A stretch of 64,000 nt of DNA from Candidatus Magasanikbacteria bacterium RIFOXYC2_FULL_42_28 (GTDB lineage: Bacteria; Patescibacteriota; Patescibacteriia; Magasanikbacterales; GWA2-37-8): the NCBI GenBank assembly GCA_001784435.1, contig MFQZ01000002.1, forward strand, positions 12,502-76,501, written 5' to 3'. Shown here one piece after another: positions 9,195 to 19,243 of the stretch. How positions within the stretch are numbered: position 1 is the first letter of the stretch; each line of letters begins with the position of its first letter. The notes under the pieces were generated by a model. That model saw only the letters and a program-made list of their open reading frames with translations, searched no databases and was not told the origin of the DNA. A program made the translations under genes and the position numbers.

Positions 9195-9551
9195 TTAACC
9201 GTTGCGTCTCGCCTGCATGCAGTCCCGGCAGTAAACTGGTTTGTCACCAGACGGCTGGAACGGCAATTGGGTGATAGCACCGCCACAGGAGGCGCAGGTC
9301 AAATTGACCGAGAACATCTGGCGTGGGCCGGAAGAGAAACCTCCGCGAGCGCCACCACGAGAAGCGCCACGATCATCGCCACGAGTCGCGCGAAAAGCGC
9401 GGTTGCACTCGTTGCAATAAACTGGGCGATCACCAGACGGTTGAAAAGGCAATTGTGAGATGTGTGTCCCGCATTTTGCGCAGGCCAAATCCACATCAAA
9501 CATTTGTCTGTCAGTACCAAAAGCCATAGTATTTGTTGTTTTTGCTCTCAA
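9195..9551 (-). CDS. tandem zinc-ribbon protein with Arg/Gly-rich linker
   Basis: Two internal repeats, each C-x2-C-x18-C-x2-C with a conserved QLPFQPSGD(R/K)PVYC. They are separated by RGDDRGASRGGARGG. Confidence 0.5.
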   Translation of the reverse strand: MRAKTTNTMAFGTDRQMFDVDLACAKCGTHISQLPFQPSGDRPVYCNECNRAFRATRGDDRGASRGGARGGFSSGPRQMFSVNLTCASCGGAITQLPFQPSGDKPVYCRDCMQARRNG

Positions 9552-9675
9552 AATGTTGTTTGAGAATTTATAAAACGACCTATTTGGGGACTCTAACTTA
9601 CGCTAAAATTGCTATGGTTTTTGTTCCCAACTACATACAGTATAGCACAATTTTGACTTTTTGTCAAGATGTCCC

Positions 9676-10653
9676 CTATTTCTTTAAAGTTGTAATCGGC
9701 CGGCTCTGGGTAATGTAAAATTTTCCGCCTTCATATGCCCATTCAATATCGCAGGGGAATTTATAATGTTTTTCAATATTGGCGCTAATTTTCGCCAGTT
9801 CAATAATTTGTTTGCCGGATAATTTTTGCTTCTCACCTTCCGTGCCTAACTCAATCCACTCGTTCGCACTATCATCTTCTTTACCTTTAAATTCACCTTT
9901 TGATTTTTTTACTTTTACTAATTTTTTTGACTGCGCCCCAACATTTATATCAATGATACTCATTTCATTTTTACCGACCACATAACTATCAGGGGTAACT
10001 TGCCCCGACACTATCGCCTCCCCCAGGCCATAACCCGCTTCAATAATCATTTGATCGCGGTCTTCGGTAACCGGATGAACCGTAAAAGCAATTCCGGCAA
10101 TTTCCGATTGTATCATTTTTTGTACGACGACCGCCACGGAAACATAATGGTCAATCAGATTTTTCTCATGGCGATAAAAAATTGCGCGCGGCGTAAACAG
10201 CGACGACCAGCAGGTACGCACGGCTGCCGTAACATTTTTGCGTTCAATGTTTAAATATGTTTCTAACTCCCCCGCCCAACTGGCAATCGCGCTGTCTTCG
10301 GCCGTAGCGCTACTTCGCACCGCGACAAATTTCGCTTCCAATTTATCAAACGCCGTTAAAATTTCTTTTTCTAAATCTTTCGGAAATGGCCGATCATGAA
10401 TAGTATCGCGAATAACATTGCTGGCACGGTCAACCGAATTAGTATCATCAGGGTTAACTTCTTTCAAACGCGCAATAATTTCTTCTTCTAATTGTGTTTC
10501 TTTTAAAAATCGGTCAAACGCCGAAGCCACCACCACAAACCCGGGCGGAACCGGAATTTTTGCGTTCGTCATCTCGCCCAAAGACGCGCCTTTACCGCCG
10601 GCTTCGGGGACGGATTTTTTGGTGAGGTCTTTGAAAAATTTGATGTGGGGCAT
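9676..10653 (-). CDS. stand-alone PPDK_N / PEP-synthase N-terminal ATP-grasp (PEP/pyruvate-binding) domain protein
   Basis: Matches the PEP synthase N-domain throughout (GGKGASLGEM, AVRSSATAEDS, DIEWA...QSRP). There is no swivel or TIM-barrel domain. The start ATG lies 4 nt after the stop of 10658-11794. Confidence 0.85.
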   Translation of the reverse strand: MPHIKFFKDLTKKSVPEAGGKGASLGEMTNAKIPVPPGFVVVASAFDRFLKETQLEEEIIARLKEVNPDDTNSVDRASNVIRDTIHDRPFPKDLEKEILTAFDKLEAKFVAVRSSATAEDSAIASWAGELETYLNIERKNVTAAVRTCWSSLFTPRAIFYRHEKNLIDHYVSVAVVVQKMIQSEIAGIAFTVHPVTEDRDQMIIEAGYGLGEAIVSGQVTPDSYVVGKNEMSIIDINVGAQSKKLVKVKKSKGEFKGKEDDSANEWIELGTEGEKQKLSGKQIIELAKISANIEKHYKFPCDIEWAYEGGKFYITQSRPITTLKK

Positions 10654-10657
10654 AATA

Positions 10658-11794
10658 TTATTTTTTAATTAATGTTACAATTCCTTTATTCGCATCAACT
10701 TCTACCCAATCCCCGGTTTTTAAAATTTCCGTAGCATTTTTTACGCCAATAATCGCTGGAATTTTCAGTTCGCGAGCAACAACAGCCGCGTGCGAAAGGA
10801 CGCCGCCTTCGTTCGCAATAATTGCTTGAAATTTTTTAATAATGGCAACATCGTTAGGGTGCGTCGCACTCACCACTAATATTAAATCATTCCCAGGGAG
10901 TAATGTCAAAAGACGCGCGTCCAGACGATTGATAAATTTTACCGCTCGACCAATCACTTTTCCGCCCCCCCCCACCCCCTTACCGACAAGCCGGCGGTGG
11001 CTTGGGACGTTAACTTTTAAAAATTTCCGATTAATTTTGTCCACTATTTTTTTATTGGAAATAGTTAATTCTTCTTTATTTTCCGATGAAAAGAAAAAAT
11101 ATCCATTTTTTCGGTGACACAATTCTTGCAACTGATTATTATTCAAATTTAAATTGTCGTGTAAATTGACGCGTAATTCACTAATGGTAAAATACCGCAA
11201 GAGATCACCATCATAATTATATCGCCGACCGATTTGTTCGCAACAATTACTAACTATTTTCTCCACGCGCGGATAAATTTTGGCCATCTGCTCGCGCCGC
11301 GCGCTAATTCGCTCGATCAATTTTGCCTGATCCATCCTTTCATTTTTTGGGACACTGAAATACCTCCAAAAAACATTATATACTCCGATACCAGCGAGGT
11401 AACGCGAATAATGTTTAATTATTAAACACAAACATTTAATTGGATCGGCTTTTGCCAATACTTGCGCCTCTTTTTTCCAAATTAAACTATCATAATATAT
11501 TTTATAAGATAAAGCCAAAATTTTTGATAATTTTTGCTCATCATTTTGCTTCAACCAATCCGCAACTGATTTAATAATATAATTTTCATTAAACAAAAAT
11601 TTTAGTTCATTATCGCCACCACAAACCGCGACTGCTCGATAGGAAAAACCCATTATCCGACGCAACTGTCCCAGATATCCTTTTGCCACCGCGCTGGCAA
11701 AAAATAATGATAAATTTCTTTGACTGGCGAGCGCCAAGCCATATTTTTTAAGCTGTTTTGATAAATAATAATAGTCGCACGCGATTGGTTTCAT
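10658..11794 (-). CDS. swivel-domain paralog 1 (short N-domain plus C-terminal PEP-utilizing phosphohistidine domain)
   Basis: C-terminus GKGVGGGGKVIGRA...GGVLSHAAVVARELKIPAIIGV...GDWVEVDANKG is the PEP-utilizers mobile domain with the catalytic His. Confidence 0.7.
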   Translation of the reverse strand: MKPIACDYYYLSKQLKKYGLALASQRNLSLFFASAVAKGYLGQLRRIMGFSYRAVAVCGGDNELKFLFNENYIIKSVADWLKQNDEQKLSKILALSYKIYYDSLIWKKEAQVLAKADPIKCLCLIIKHYSRYLAGIGVYNVFWRYFSVPKNERMDQAKLIERISARREQMAKIYPRVEKIVSNCCEQIGRRYNYDGDLLRYFTISELRVNLHDNLNLNNNQLQELCHRKNGYFFFSSENKEELTISNKKIVDKINRKFLKVNVPSHRRLVGKGVGGGGKVIGRAVKFINRLDARLLTLLPGNDLILVVSATHPNDVAIIKKFQAIIANEGGVLSHAAVVARELKIPAIIGVKNATEILKTGDWVEVDANKGIVTLIKK

Positions 11795-11852
11795 AAATGA
11801 ATCTATTTTGTATACTCTGTTTCCAACCCTTATAATTGCCTATCAATTAATT

Positions 11853-12782
11853 TTATTCCTCTAACCTTTCGCCTCTTTTGAATCTAGAAACACGATTTTC
11901 TCGCGTAGCCATTCGCTCTTCAAACTTATAAAATAATTCTTCCACTTTGGACCAATCTAAACTCAACTTCTTGCCTTCAAATATTGCCTGTCTGTTAGGA
12001 TCAGTAAAAGAGCACTCAACTTTTTCATTACTGCCATTCCGTTTTATTTTAATCTTAAACGCTTCGGCTGGGGCAAAAAACCCGCCAATATCATCAACAT
12101 CCGATAATTTAACTTTTTTACCATTTTCATCCTCCACCTCCAATGTTTCTAATAAAAATGATTCATTAAAAAGACCATGGTTTACAATTGGCATAGCGAC
12201 CTTATTATCTGGGGTTACTCCCTTTTCAGCAAACTGTTTTAATAACCATAGATTAAAGGCGAGCCCTTCGGCTGCTTCCGCGCGAAAAGCCATATCTTTC
12301 AAACCCTCACGCAAGCCAACCTCTTGGGCACCCTGTCTTACTGTGGCACGCTCTTCTGGCGACAGACGACCATATTCGGGATGAGAACCAGCTTTGGCTT
12401 GAATTAAAGGTTTGGCGGCTTTAAGCATCGCTTGACCGTCTGGCCCTAATTCTTTATATGTAATTCCGCTTGCTTGATTAACCTGTCCGCGTTCTTGGCC
12501 AAACCCCTCTTCAATATCACTGGCAGTTTCGGCCGCGCGCCCTTCCATACTACCCACGCCTACTACACTATTATGTTCACCGCGTAAATCTAGACCAAAT
12601 TCCCGCGCTCGCGCTTTACCTTCTGGAGTTAAATCTTCAGTGTCGTTCCATTTAATAACTTCGCTAGTAGCCGGGTCAGTCCACTCACCTTTGCCACCAA
12701 AACGGTTAGAATGACGCATTAAATAAATATCCGTTTCGGTATTGTGTGTTAATTTTTCACTACTTCCTATATGTTCTGACAT
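11853..12782 (-). CDS. histidine phosphatase superfamily (PGAM-like) protein, paralog A
   Basis: LMRHS...LTPEGKARAREFG matches the RHG catalytic motif context. It is paralogous to 28438-29367. Confidence 0.5.
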   Translation of the reverse strand: MSEHIGSSEKLTHNTETDIYLMRHSNRFGGKGEWTDPATSEVIKWNDTEDLTPEGKARAREFGLDLRGEHNSVVGVGSMEGRAAETASDIEEGFGQERGQVNQASGITYKELGPDGQAMLKAAKPLIQAKAGSHPEYGRLSPEERATVRQGAQEVGLREGLKDMAFRAEAAEGLAFNLWLLKQFAEKGVTPDNKVAMPIVNHGLFNESFLLETLEVEDENGKKVKLSDVDDIGGFFAPAEAFKIKIKRNGSNEKVECSFTDPNRQAIFEGKKLSLDWSKVEELFYKFEERMATRENRVSRFKRGERLEE

Positions 12783-12793
12783 ATTTTTATATG

Positions 12794-13396
12794 TTAGTTA
12801 ATTAATAAATTAATTGATTGTTTTAATTTATCCATATTACCATCAAACACGATTCCTTTCATACCAATACTTTCACAATTAATCAGCATATCTTCTCGAT
12901 CATCAACATAAGCCGCTTCCTTTGGGTTGACGTGTGCTTTTGCGCAGGCCCCCACAAACATCTTTATATCAGGTTTGCGTAAATGTTCATAGCCAGATAC
13001 CATTCGCGCGGTTAAAACTTTTTCCAAGCCGGTTTTTTGGACAAAACGCGCGTACCACTCGGCCGGATGATTAGAAATAATGCCAGTGGCCAGTTGTTTA
13101 GAAATATCCTTGATATATTGTATCATGGCGACATTGGGTATTGTCAAATCATCAATTACCCTCACATAACATTCACTGTCAAATGGTATTTGTCCGGCTC
13201 GTTGCGCGCACATATTCAGATATTCTTTTTCGGTTATCAAACCCATGGTAAAATCTTTCCAACCTTGAAAATCATGTACCACGCGATAAAATTCTCCTTC
13301 GGGAATATTTTTCTCAATTTCATATTGTCTAATCCCAGATCTGAATCCTTCTTCACAAATCACTCCACCCATGTCAAAAAAAATGGCTTTAATCAT
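12794..13396 (-). CDS. HAD-like hydrolase (atypical motif I)
   Basis: N-terminus IFFDMGGVI (DxG rather than DxD) and a C-terminal YVDD motif. Confidence 0.5.
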   Translation of the reverse strand: MIKAIFFDMGGVICEEGFRSGIRQYEIEKNIPEGEFYRVVHDFQGWKDFTMGLITEKEYLNMCAQRAGQIPFDSECYVRVIDDLTIPNVAMIQYIKDISKQLATGIISNHPAEWYARFVQKTGLEKVLTARMVSGYEHLRKPDIKMFVGACAKAHVNPKEAAYVDDREDMLINCESIGMKGIVFDGNMDKLKQSINLLIN

Positions 13397-13402
13397 ATTT
13401 TC

Positions 13403-14881
13403 TCACTTAATCTTTCTTACCACCCCCGCGTACGCGTCAACTTCAACCAAATCACCTGTTTTTAAAAACTGAGTAGCAATCTTGGTCCCAATAACACAAG
13501 GGATTCCTAGTTCTCGAGAAATAATAGCGGCGTGGCAAGTAATACCGCCGTCGCTCGTGACAATAGCGGCGGCTTTTTTCATCGCCACTACAAACGATGG
13601 CGTGGTCATCATCGTAACCAATATCTCTCCTTCTCTCATTTCTGAAACTCGAGACGTTTCTAAAATAACTCTAACCAAACCCTGCGCTTTCCCCGACGAT
13701 GCCACTACGCCCTTAATTTCTTTTAAGGTTGGATCAATACGCGTTTCGCGATACTTATCAACTTCCTTGCCCCAAAATGATTTAAAAACATCTGTTCGTG
13801 AATCAAAATAAAAACCATGCATTTCATCTCTTGCCTCCAAGACACTCTCATCTGGTAATTTTCCAGTTTTTAAACCTTTGATGATTTCATCAATGCTAAG
13901 AAATACAACTTTGTCAAAACTCAATCCAAACTTCTCACCAATTGCGCACAATAATGGATAACCAAAATAATCAGTCCTCTGATAAAAGCGAACCAACTCG
14001 GTTTCAACAAAACTACTTTCAGCCAATAAATCTAATATTTTCTTATCGGCCACTTTAATTTTTAAGCGCCTAATCAATGCCTCTCTTTTTTCTCGTGACT
14101 TCTGACGATCAAAGGCCATAGTTCGCAATTTTGCTACTGGGTCACCCTTCTTGATATCATCAACAACTTCAATGTAAATATCCTCGGCAGTAGTATCTTT
14201 ACGAAGTAGAAACATGCTGTTGGCCCAATCGTATTTATTCTTAAATTCAACCAGTTCTTTTTTAACCGCCACCGGTAACTGAGAATATTTTAAATTTTGA
14301 AGTTTTAACTGTTTAATTTTTTTTGCCAAATGCAATATTTCAATTTCACGACGATAAAAAACTGACTCTCTATCAGAAAAAGAAATTTCAATCAATGTCT
14401 GCTTGGCCTCTTCTGGAGGCAGATGTCTTAGAATGTCAAAAAAAATACTTTCTAACAAATTACTTAAGCCACGGACAATATAATTACCGACCAACAAACT
14501 ACATACCGTTCTCCCGCGCAAATCAACATATTTTTTAAAATAATCTACCAAATCTTCGTTGTCGGCATTTTTCAATTTTTTATTTATTTCCACCATTACC
14601 AACGCGTTCTCTTCATCTTTCTGTCTGCGAGCATTATAAAAATCATCGAAGGTTCCTTTTTTTAATATGCGCCTAACAATTGACTTGGTATTTTTTTCAA
14701 AATCACTCTTATCATAATAATGTGCCCAATCCACATATTTATACCTTGATACTTTAAAACCAAAATCCGGGACATCTAACGTGGCTTTTTTAAGACAGAG
14801 ATAACGAATAAAAATATCGCGTGCCAAAAAAGCCCCCTTCCTTCTGGCAATCGCATACCATTTTATTTTTACTCTTGACAT
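13403..14881 (-). CDS. swivel-domain paralog 2
   Basis: C-terminus SDGGITCHAAIISRELGIPCVIGTKIATQFLKTGDLVEVDA. The N-domain carries the shared YDWANS-type motif. Confidence 0.7.
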   Translation of the reverse strand: MSRVKIKWYAIARRKGAFLARDIFIRYLCLKKATLDVPDFGFKVSRYKYVDWAHYYDKSDFEKNTKSIVRRILKKGTFDDFYNARRQKDEENALVMVEINKKLKNADNEDLVDYFKKYVDLRGRTVCSLLVGNYIVRGLSNLLESIFFDILRHLPPEEAKQTLIEISFSDRESVFYRREIEILHLAKKIKQLKLQNLKYSQLPVAVKKELVEFKNKYDWANSMFLLRKDTTAEDIYIEVVDDIKKGDPVAKLRTMAFDRQKSREKREALIRRLKIKVADKKILDLLAESSFVETELVRFYQRTDYFGYPLLCAIGEKFGLSFDKVVFLSIDEIIKGLKTGKLPDESVLEARDEMHGFYFDSRTDVFKSFWGKEVDKYRETRIDPTLKEIKGVVASSGKAQGLVRVILETSRVSEMREGEILVTMMTTPSFVVAMKKAAAIVTSDGGITCHAAIISRELGIPCVIGTKIATQFLKTGDLVEVDAYAGVVRKIK

Positions 14882-14919
14882 ATTATTTTGACTGTCAGTT
14901 AAATTTTAAATATCATCAT

Positions 14920-16413
14920 TTAGGCCCGTCCTAAAATTTTAACTAGGCCGGTGGCCGCATTGACTTCCAATAAATCACCATCGTGAATTATCCGAGTTCC
15001 ATTCATCGTAGCGATAACGCAAGGCACGCCCAGTTCGCGCGACACAATCGCCGCGTGCGAAGATAGCCCACCTTGGTCCGCCACAATCACCACTGCTTTT
15101 TCCATCGCTGGCACAAAATCGGGTGTGGTAAATTGCGCCACAAGAATATCCCCACGCAAAACTTTGTTAATTTCTTTTTTATCCATACAAATTTTCGCTC
15201 GACCAGTAATAATTCCACCAATGCAAGCGACTCGCCCTTGAATTGAATTCACCGCCGTATTGTCAACGGAATATTCTTTTTCCAATTCTTTTATTTTAAC
15301 CGGATCAGTAATCAAGGTAGTTTCAGAATCGCGTGCTAACATCGCGTAATTATGAAAACGAGCGTTCATTTCTTTTTCATCGGGTAGTGGCTTACCGGCC
15401 AAAGCACCAAACATTTCCGGAATTGATACCTCCATTATCCAATCAGGGTTAAAATGCGCGCGCTTGGCAATTTCCGCGTACATAAAACTGGCACCATAAT
15501 CCGCATTGAAAAATGCTTCCACGCGACGATTGCGAACATAGGAGTGAAGCTTGGCTTGGTCAATAATATGTTGGAAGTCAGGACGCGGTTTAATTTTATC
15601 TAATGCCCACGCATATTCATCGGCAACTTTTTGCTCGGAAGCATCATAAATCAAATCATCAATCTTTTTACCTTCACTAACCTGATGTTTCATTTCTTTC
15701 AAGCGATCGACAATATCGTCAAAATCATATGGCTTACTTGTAGCCAAACCACGGTTAATATAAGCAAACCTATCTAAATGCACGTCAATTTTTGCTGTCG
15801 CCTCGGCGGATAAATTATCCAAATCTTCATTGGCTGAAAAAAAATCTTTTGCAATCTGGGCTAATTTCCAACGTTCCTCACTGACTTCGGTCATCTGTTT
15901 TGGGTCAGTAAAAATCAAAACACATTTACGAAAATCGGGATCAGAAGCGGAAATATACTCCAACAACTTTGTTTCAATAGTTGATTCAAAATATTCATCC
16001 AAAGGATATTGCGCATACCAAGGGCCAGCCAAAACACGATACTCTTGCAATAATGGCTCTAAAATGCCAGCTATTTCCTCATTTGTTTTTTCTAACCAAT
16101 CAGTTTTCTTATATACCAAACCTTGTTTATACAAATGTTCATCTTGCTTTAACTCGCGATCGCAATATTTTTCAAACCAACCATCATCGGCTTGAGCATG
16201 CCCGATAATTTCCGCTTCAAATGGATCATATTCTTCTTGACGCCAATACATCATGTGATTTAAATAGGTACGATTAGGCATTGAAGTGCGTATGTCGGCT
16301 TTTTCCATGATTTCCTTCGTAAATGCCGAATTTATCATAAAACGAAGAAAAATGGGGAGTTTCCCCGATGGTTTAATTCTGTATTTTCCCGAACGCATTA
16401 CTGCTCCTGGCAT
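14920..16413 (-). CDS. swivel-domain paralog 3
   Basis: C-terminus DQGGLSSHAAIVSRELGVPCVIAT...GDLLEVNA. Confidence 0.7.
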   Translation of the reverse strand: MPGAVMRSGKYRIKPSGKLPIFLRFMINSAFTKEIMEKADIRTSMPNRTYLNHMMYWRQEEYDPFEAEIIGHAQADDGWFEKYCDRELKQDEHLYKQGLVYKKTDWLEKTNEEIAGILEPLLQEYRVLAGPWYAQYPLDEYFESTIETKLLEYISASDPDFRKCVLIFTDPKQMTEVSEERWKLAQIAKDFFSANEDLDNLSAEATAKIDVHLDRFAYINRGLATSKPYDFDDIVDRLKEMKHQVSEGKKIDDLIYDASEQKVADEYAWALDKIKPRPDFQHIIDQAKLHSYVRNRRVEAFFNADYGASFMYAEIAKRAHFNPDWIMEVSIPEMFGALAGKPLPDEKEMNARFHNYAMLARDSETTLITDPVKIKELEKEYSVDNTAVNSIQGRVACIGGIITGRAKICMDKKEINKVLRGDILVAQFTTPDFVPAMEKAVVIVADQGGLSSHAAIVSRELGVPCVIATMNGTRIIHDGDLLEVNAATGLVKILGRA

Positions 16414-16530
16414 ATAATTTTAGGTTAAATGTTGATTATATATTACACCTATATTTATATTACACCTTTTTTAAAATTCTGACAAATCAATTAACACGGT
16501 GGCCTGATAAATCCAAGTTATAAAAAATAA

Positions 16531-17760
16531 TCAAGAATAAGTATAGCCAGGGACAATTTGAATATCTTGAATTTCTGTTTCTTTAAGGCTATTCATTAAC
16601 GAACCGAGACATCCTGACGTTTTCGTCGGTAATTCTGTTACTATGTCAAAATCAACACCTGGATCATCACGCCAATCAAACCCGCCGACAAATTTAATAT
16701 CTTGTAAACCAAATGATTTTAGTAAGCCAGTAAATTCGTTAAAATACGTATACGGAAGCCTTGATGTGGCTTCGGCTGATATCACAAAGTAAGTATCTCC
16801 TTGCCTACCAACGCGCTTCACCCTTTCGATGGTTTGTGCCATTTTTGACTCTTCTTCAACAATGACGAGCGGCCCGCGATGTTCACTAAAAACGCGGTCA
16901 AACTTTGCTATGAGCTCCGAGCGTTCGGCTGGGGTCTTAGCATTTTTTTTACCAAATTGATCATAGTAATCCAAAAAATATGGATGTACTGCTCCCAAAA
17001 TATGCTCCGGTTCTTTTTTTTCAGTTGATTCCTGTTGTTGATTATGTTCCAATTTTAAAATTGCGCCAGGCACTTCCACCAAACCCATTGATTCATATTT
17101 TCGAATAAGCTCGCGAAACTTTTCATTTTGACGTACCGCAGTCTTAGTATCAGGATTAAGAACAGTTGTCTCGCTTGGAATACTATTCGCTAATTCAATT
17201 AAAAATTTATATTCAGTTGGTGACAATAGAACTGCATCTTCAAAAAATCTGGAAAAATGATCGGGGTCACGGTCAATGCCAAAAAGTTTTGGCACAAAAT
17301 TTTTTCCAAAATGCATGTAGATAACGAGGTCATTCGAAATACGAAACTGGCCGGGTAAATTTGGATCACTTGAAACTTTGCCGATCTCTATTATGGCTGG
17401 CACGCCCCGATCATTTCCTTTGTCTTCAAGGACAACCGCAAACGACCCTTCCAAACTATCACGATCCAATCTTGAATAATTATGAGATTTTTTTACAATT
17501 TCTACAAACGTTTTACTGATACGGGGATCTAAATTTTCCGGCTTGATAAAGCGGGTAAATAATGAACAACGACCAACATTATTTCCATCGATATCGCGAT
17601 CTTTAAGCGAACTTGAGCAGTAAACGTCGGAATATTCTCTAGTTCTATCAAATGTCCAGCCCGGATCAGGCACCGTTGTGATGGTGCCTTTTTGATCTGC
17701 CGGCGCAATATCAACCAAACTTTTTTCATCTGTTGGATGTCCAATATCACGTCTGCGCAT
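16531..17760 (-). CDS. hypothetical protein embedded in the swivel cluster
   Basis: 409-aa ORF with no motif I can recognise. Confidence 0.3.
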   Translation of the reverse strand: MRRRDIGHPTDEKSLVDIAPADQKGTITTVPDPGWTFDRTREYSDVYCSSSLKDRDIDGNNVGRCSLFTRFIKPENLDPRISKTFVEIVKKSHNYSRLDRDSLEGSFAVVLEDKGNDRGVPAIIEIGKVSSDPNLPGQFRISNDLVIYMHFGKNFVPKLFGIDRDPDHFSRFFEDAVLLSPTEYKFLIELANSIPSETTVLNPDTKTAVRQNEKFRELIRKYESMGLVEVPGAILKLEHNQQQESTEKKEPEHILGAVHPYFLDYYDQFGKKNAKTPAERSELIAKFDRVFSEHRGPLVIVEEESKMAQTIERVKRVGRQGDTYFVISAEATSRLPYTYFNEFTGLLKSFGLQDIKFVGGFDWRDDPGVDFDIVTELPTKTSGCLGSLMNSLKETEIQDIQIVPGYTYS

Positions 17761-17794
17761 ATGATAATATATATTTTACCAAAGTGAAATTAAT

Positions 17795-19243
17795 TTAATT
17801 TAAAATTCTAACAACCCCATGTTCGGCATCAACTTCAATTAAATCTCCATTTTTAATAATACTGGTAGCAAACTTAGTGCCAACAATACACGGCTTACCT
17901 AATTCGCGCGACACAATCGCCGCATGGCAAGTGGCACCACCATCATCGGTAACTATCGCCCCAGCGCGTTTCATCGCCGGCAAAGCATCGGGCAAGGTCG
18001 TGGTGGTTACCAAAATTTCACCTTCGACAATTTTCGCGTTCGCCTCTTTGGCATCTTTAGTAACAAACGCCCGACCCTTGCACTTGCCCTTGCCGGCAAC
18101 CAAACCTTTAATTTCTGCACTTTGATTTTTATGGTGAGACCACACCAATTTATCCGCCACTGCTTTGACGCGTATCCCCTCATATTTGTACAATTTACCG
18201 GAGTTAAAATACCACAGCATCCCCTGCTTACGTTTTTTAATTATTTTTTCCAGCACAAATTGTTCGCGCAATAGTAAATTTTCTACCTCCTGATTTTCAT
18301 AATACATCAAATCGTTAAAAGCAATCTTAAATCGACGTGATACCTCGCGCAAAACCCGATAGATAACTTGGTTGCTCCGCATCTGAATTTCTTTACGATA
18401 ATCATGATAAAGATTAAATTTATCCAATAAATCAAAATATACTTTAAACCGCGCCAACGGGATTTTATATTTAGCCAAAATTCTTTTACGTTCGCGTTTG
18501 ACCTTAATCGCAGTCAATTTTAAATCGTTTAATTCTCGCCGACGTGCCACCATCGCTTTCTTTTTTTCCAAAGCCACGTCCTTCGCCACTACATCAGAAG
18601 TAAGTTCGCCACTGCCATCCCAACTCATTTTCACCCAATCAAACTTATTCACAACTTTTAAAATATCCACTTTAGACGCCGACCGCCGCAATGACAATTG
18701 CAAAATTTCTTTATGATACGCGGCCACTGTTGACAAGGTCGCGGGATAAACCAAAGTCGCTAAATCTGGCGCGGATAATTCGCGCTTACTAAGCGAATTA
18801 ACCTTTTCTTTAAAAATAGTAGCGACATAATCATCAAACAGATCAACCGTGTACTCCGCATATTTAAGGTGGTCAACTGCTAGGCCAATAGCGCTGAAGC
18901 GAACTTTTAACAAATATTCCTTGTCAATTTTTTTTACATCAATTAACTTTAATTTTGACGTCTGTTCAAAAGTTTTTTTGCGATCCTTCTCAAATTGATA
19001 ATAAAGTTTTAGACGGGCGTTTTTGTTAGTTGACCATTTTTTAAACCAACCTCGAAATGATTTTTCTAAAATATCGGTTTTTCGCGCCCAAAAAAACTGA
19101 TCGCCAAAAAACATCACCGACCAACGGTTGATAATATAAGGATTTTTATCCAAAGGCAAACACAAAAAAACTAAATAATAGGAAATTGACTGCGGATACA
19201 AGTGGTCGCGTTCGTAAATTCTTAAATTATATTCTTTGCTCAT
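17795..19243 (-). CDS. swivel-domain paralog 4
   Basis: C-terminus DDGGATCHAAIVSRELGKPCIVGT...GDLIEVDA. The likely start is the internal Met (MSKEYNL), giving an ATGA overlap with the stop of 19240-19860. Confidence 0.7.
   Translation of the reverse strand: MSKEYNLRIYERDHLYPQSISYYLVFLCLPLDKNPYIINRWSVMFFGDQFFWARKTDILEKSFRGWFKKWSTNKNARLKLYYQFEKDRKKTFEQTSKLKLIDVKKIDKEYLLKVRFSAIGLAVDHLKYAEYTVDLFDDYVATIFKEKVNSLSKRELSAPDLATLVYPATLSTVAAYHKEILQLSLRRSASKVDILKVVNKFDWVKMSWDGSGELTSDVVAKDVALEKKKAMVARRRELNDLKLTAIKVKRERKRILAKYKIPLARFKVYFDLLDKFNLYHDYRKEIQMRSNQVIYRVLREVSRRFKIAFNDLMYYENQEVENLLLREQFVLEKIIKKRKQGMLWYFNSGKLYKYEGIRVKAVADKLVWSHHKNQSAEIKGLVAGKGKCKGRAFVTKDAKEANAKIVEGEILVTTTTLPDALPAMKRAGAIVTDDGGATCHAAIVSRELGKPCIVGTKFATSIIKNGDLIEVDAEHGVVRILN

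Noticed and set aside
10650-10662. Frameshifted single PEP-synthase-like gene spanning 9676-11794
   Set aside because: A clean TAA stop and an ATG 4 nt later. The domain order of His domain then ATP-grasp is opposite to any fused dikinase, so a simple frameshift cannot restore a canonical gene.
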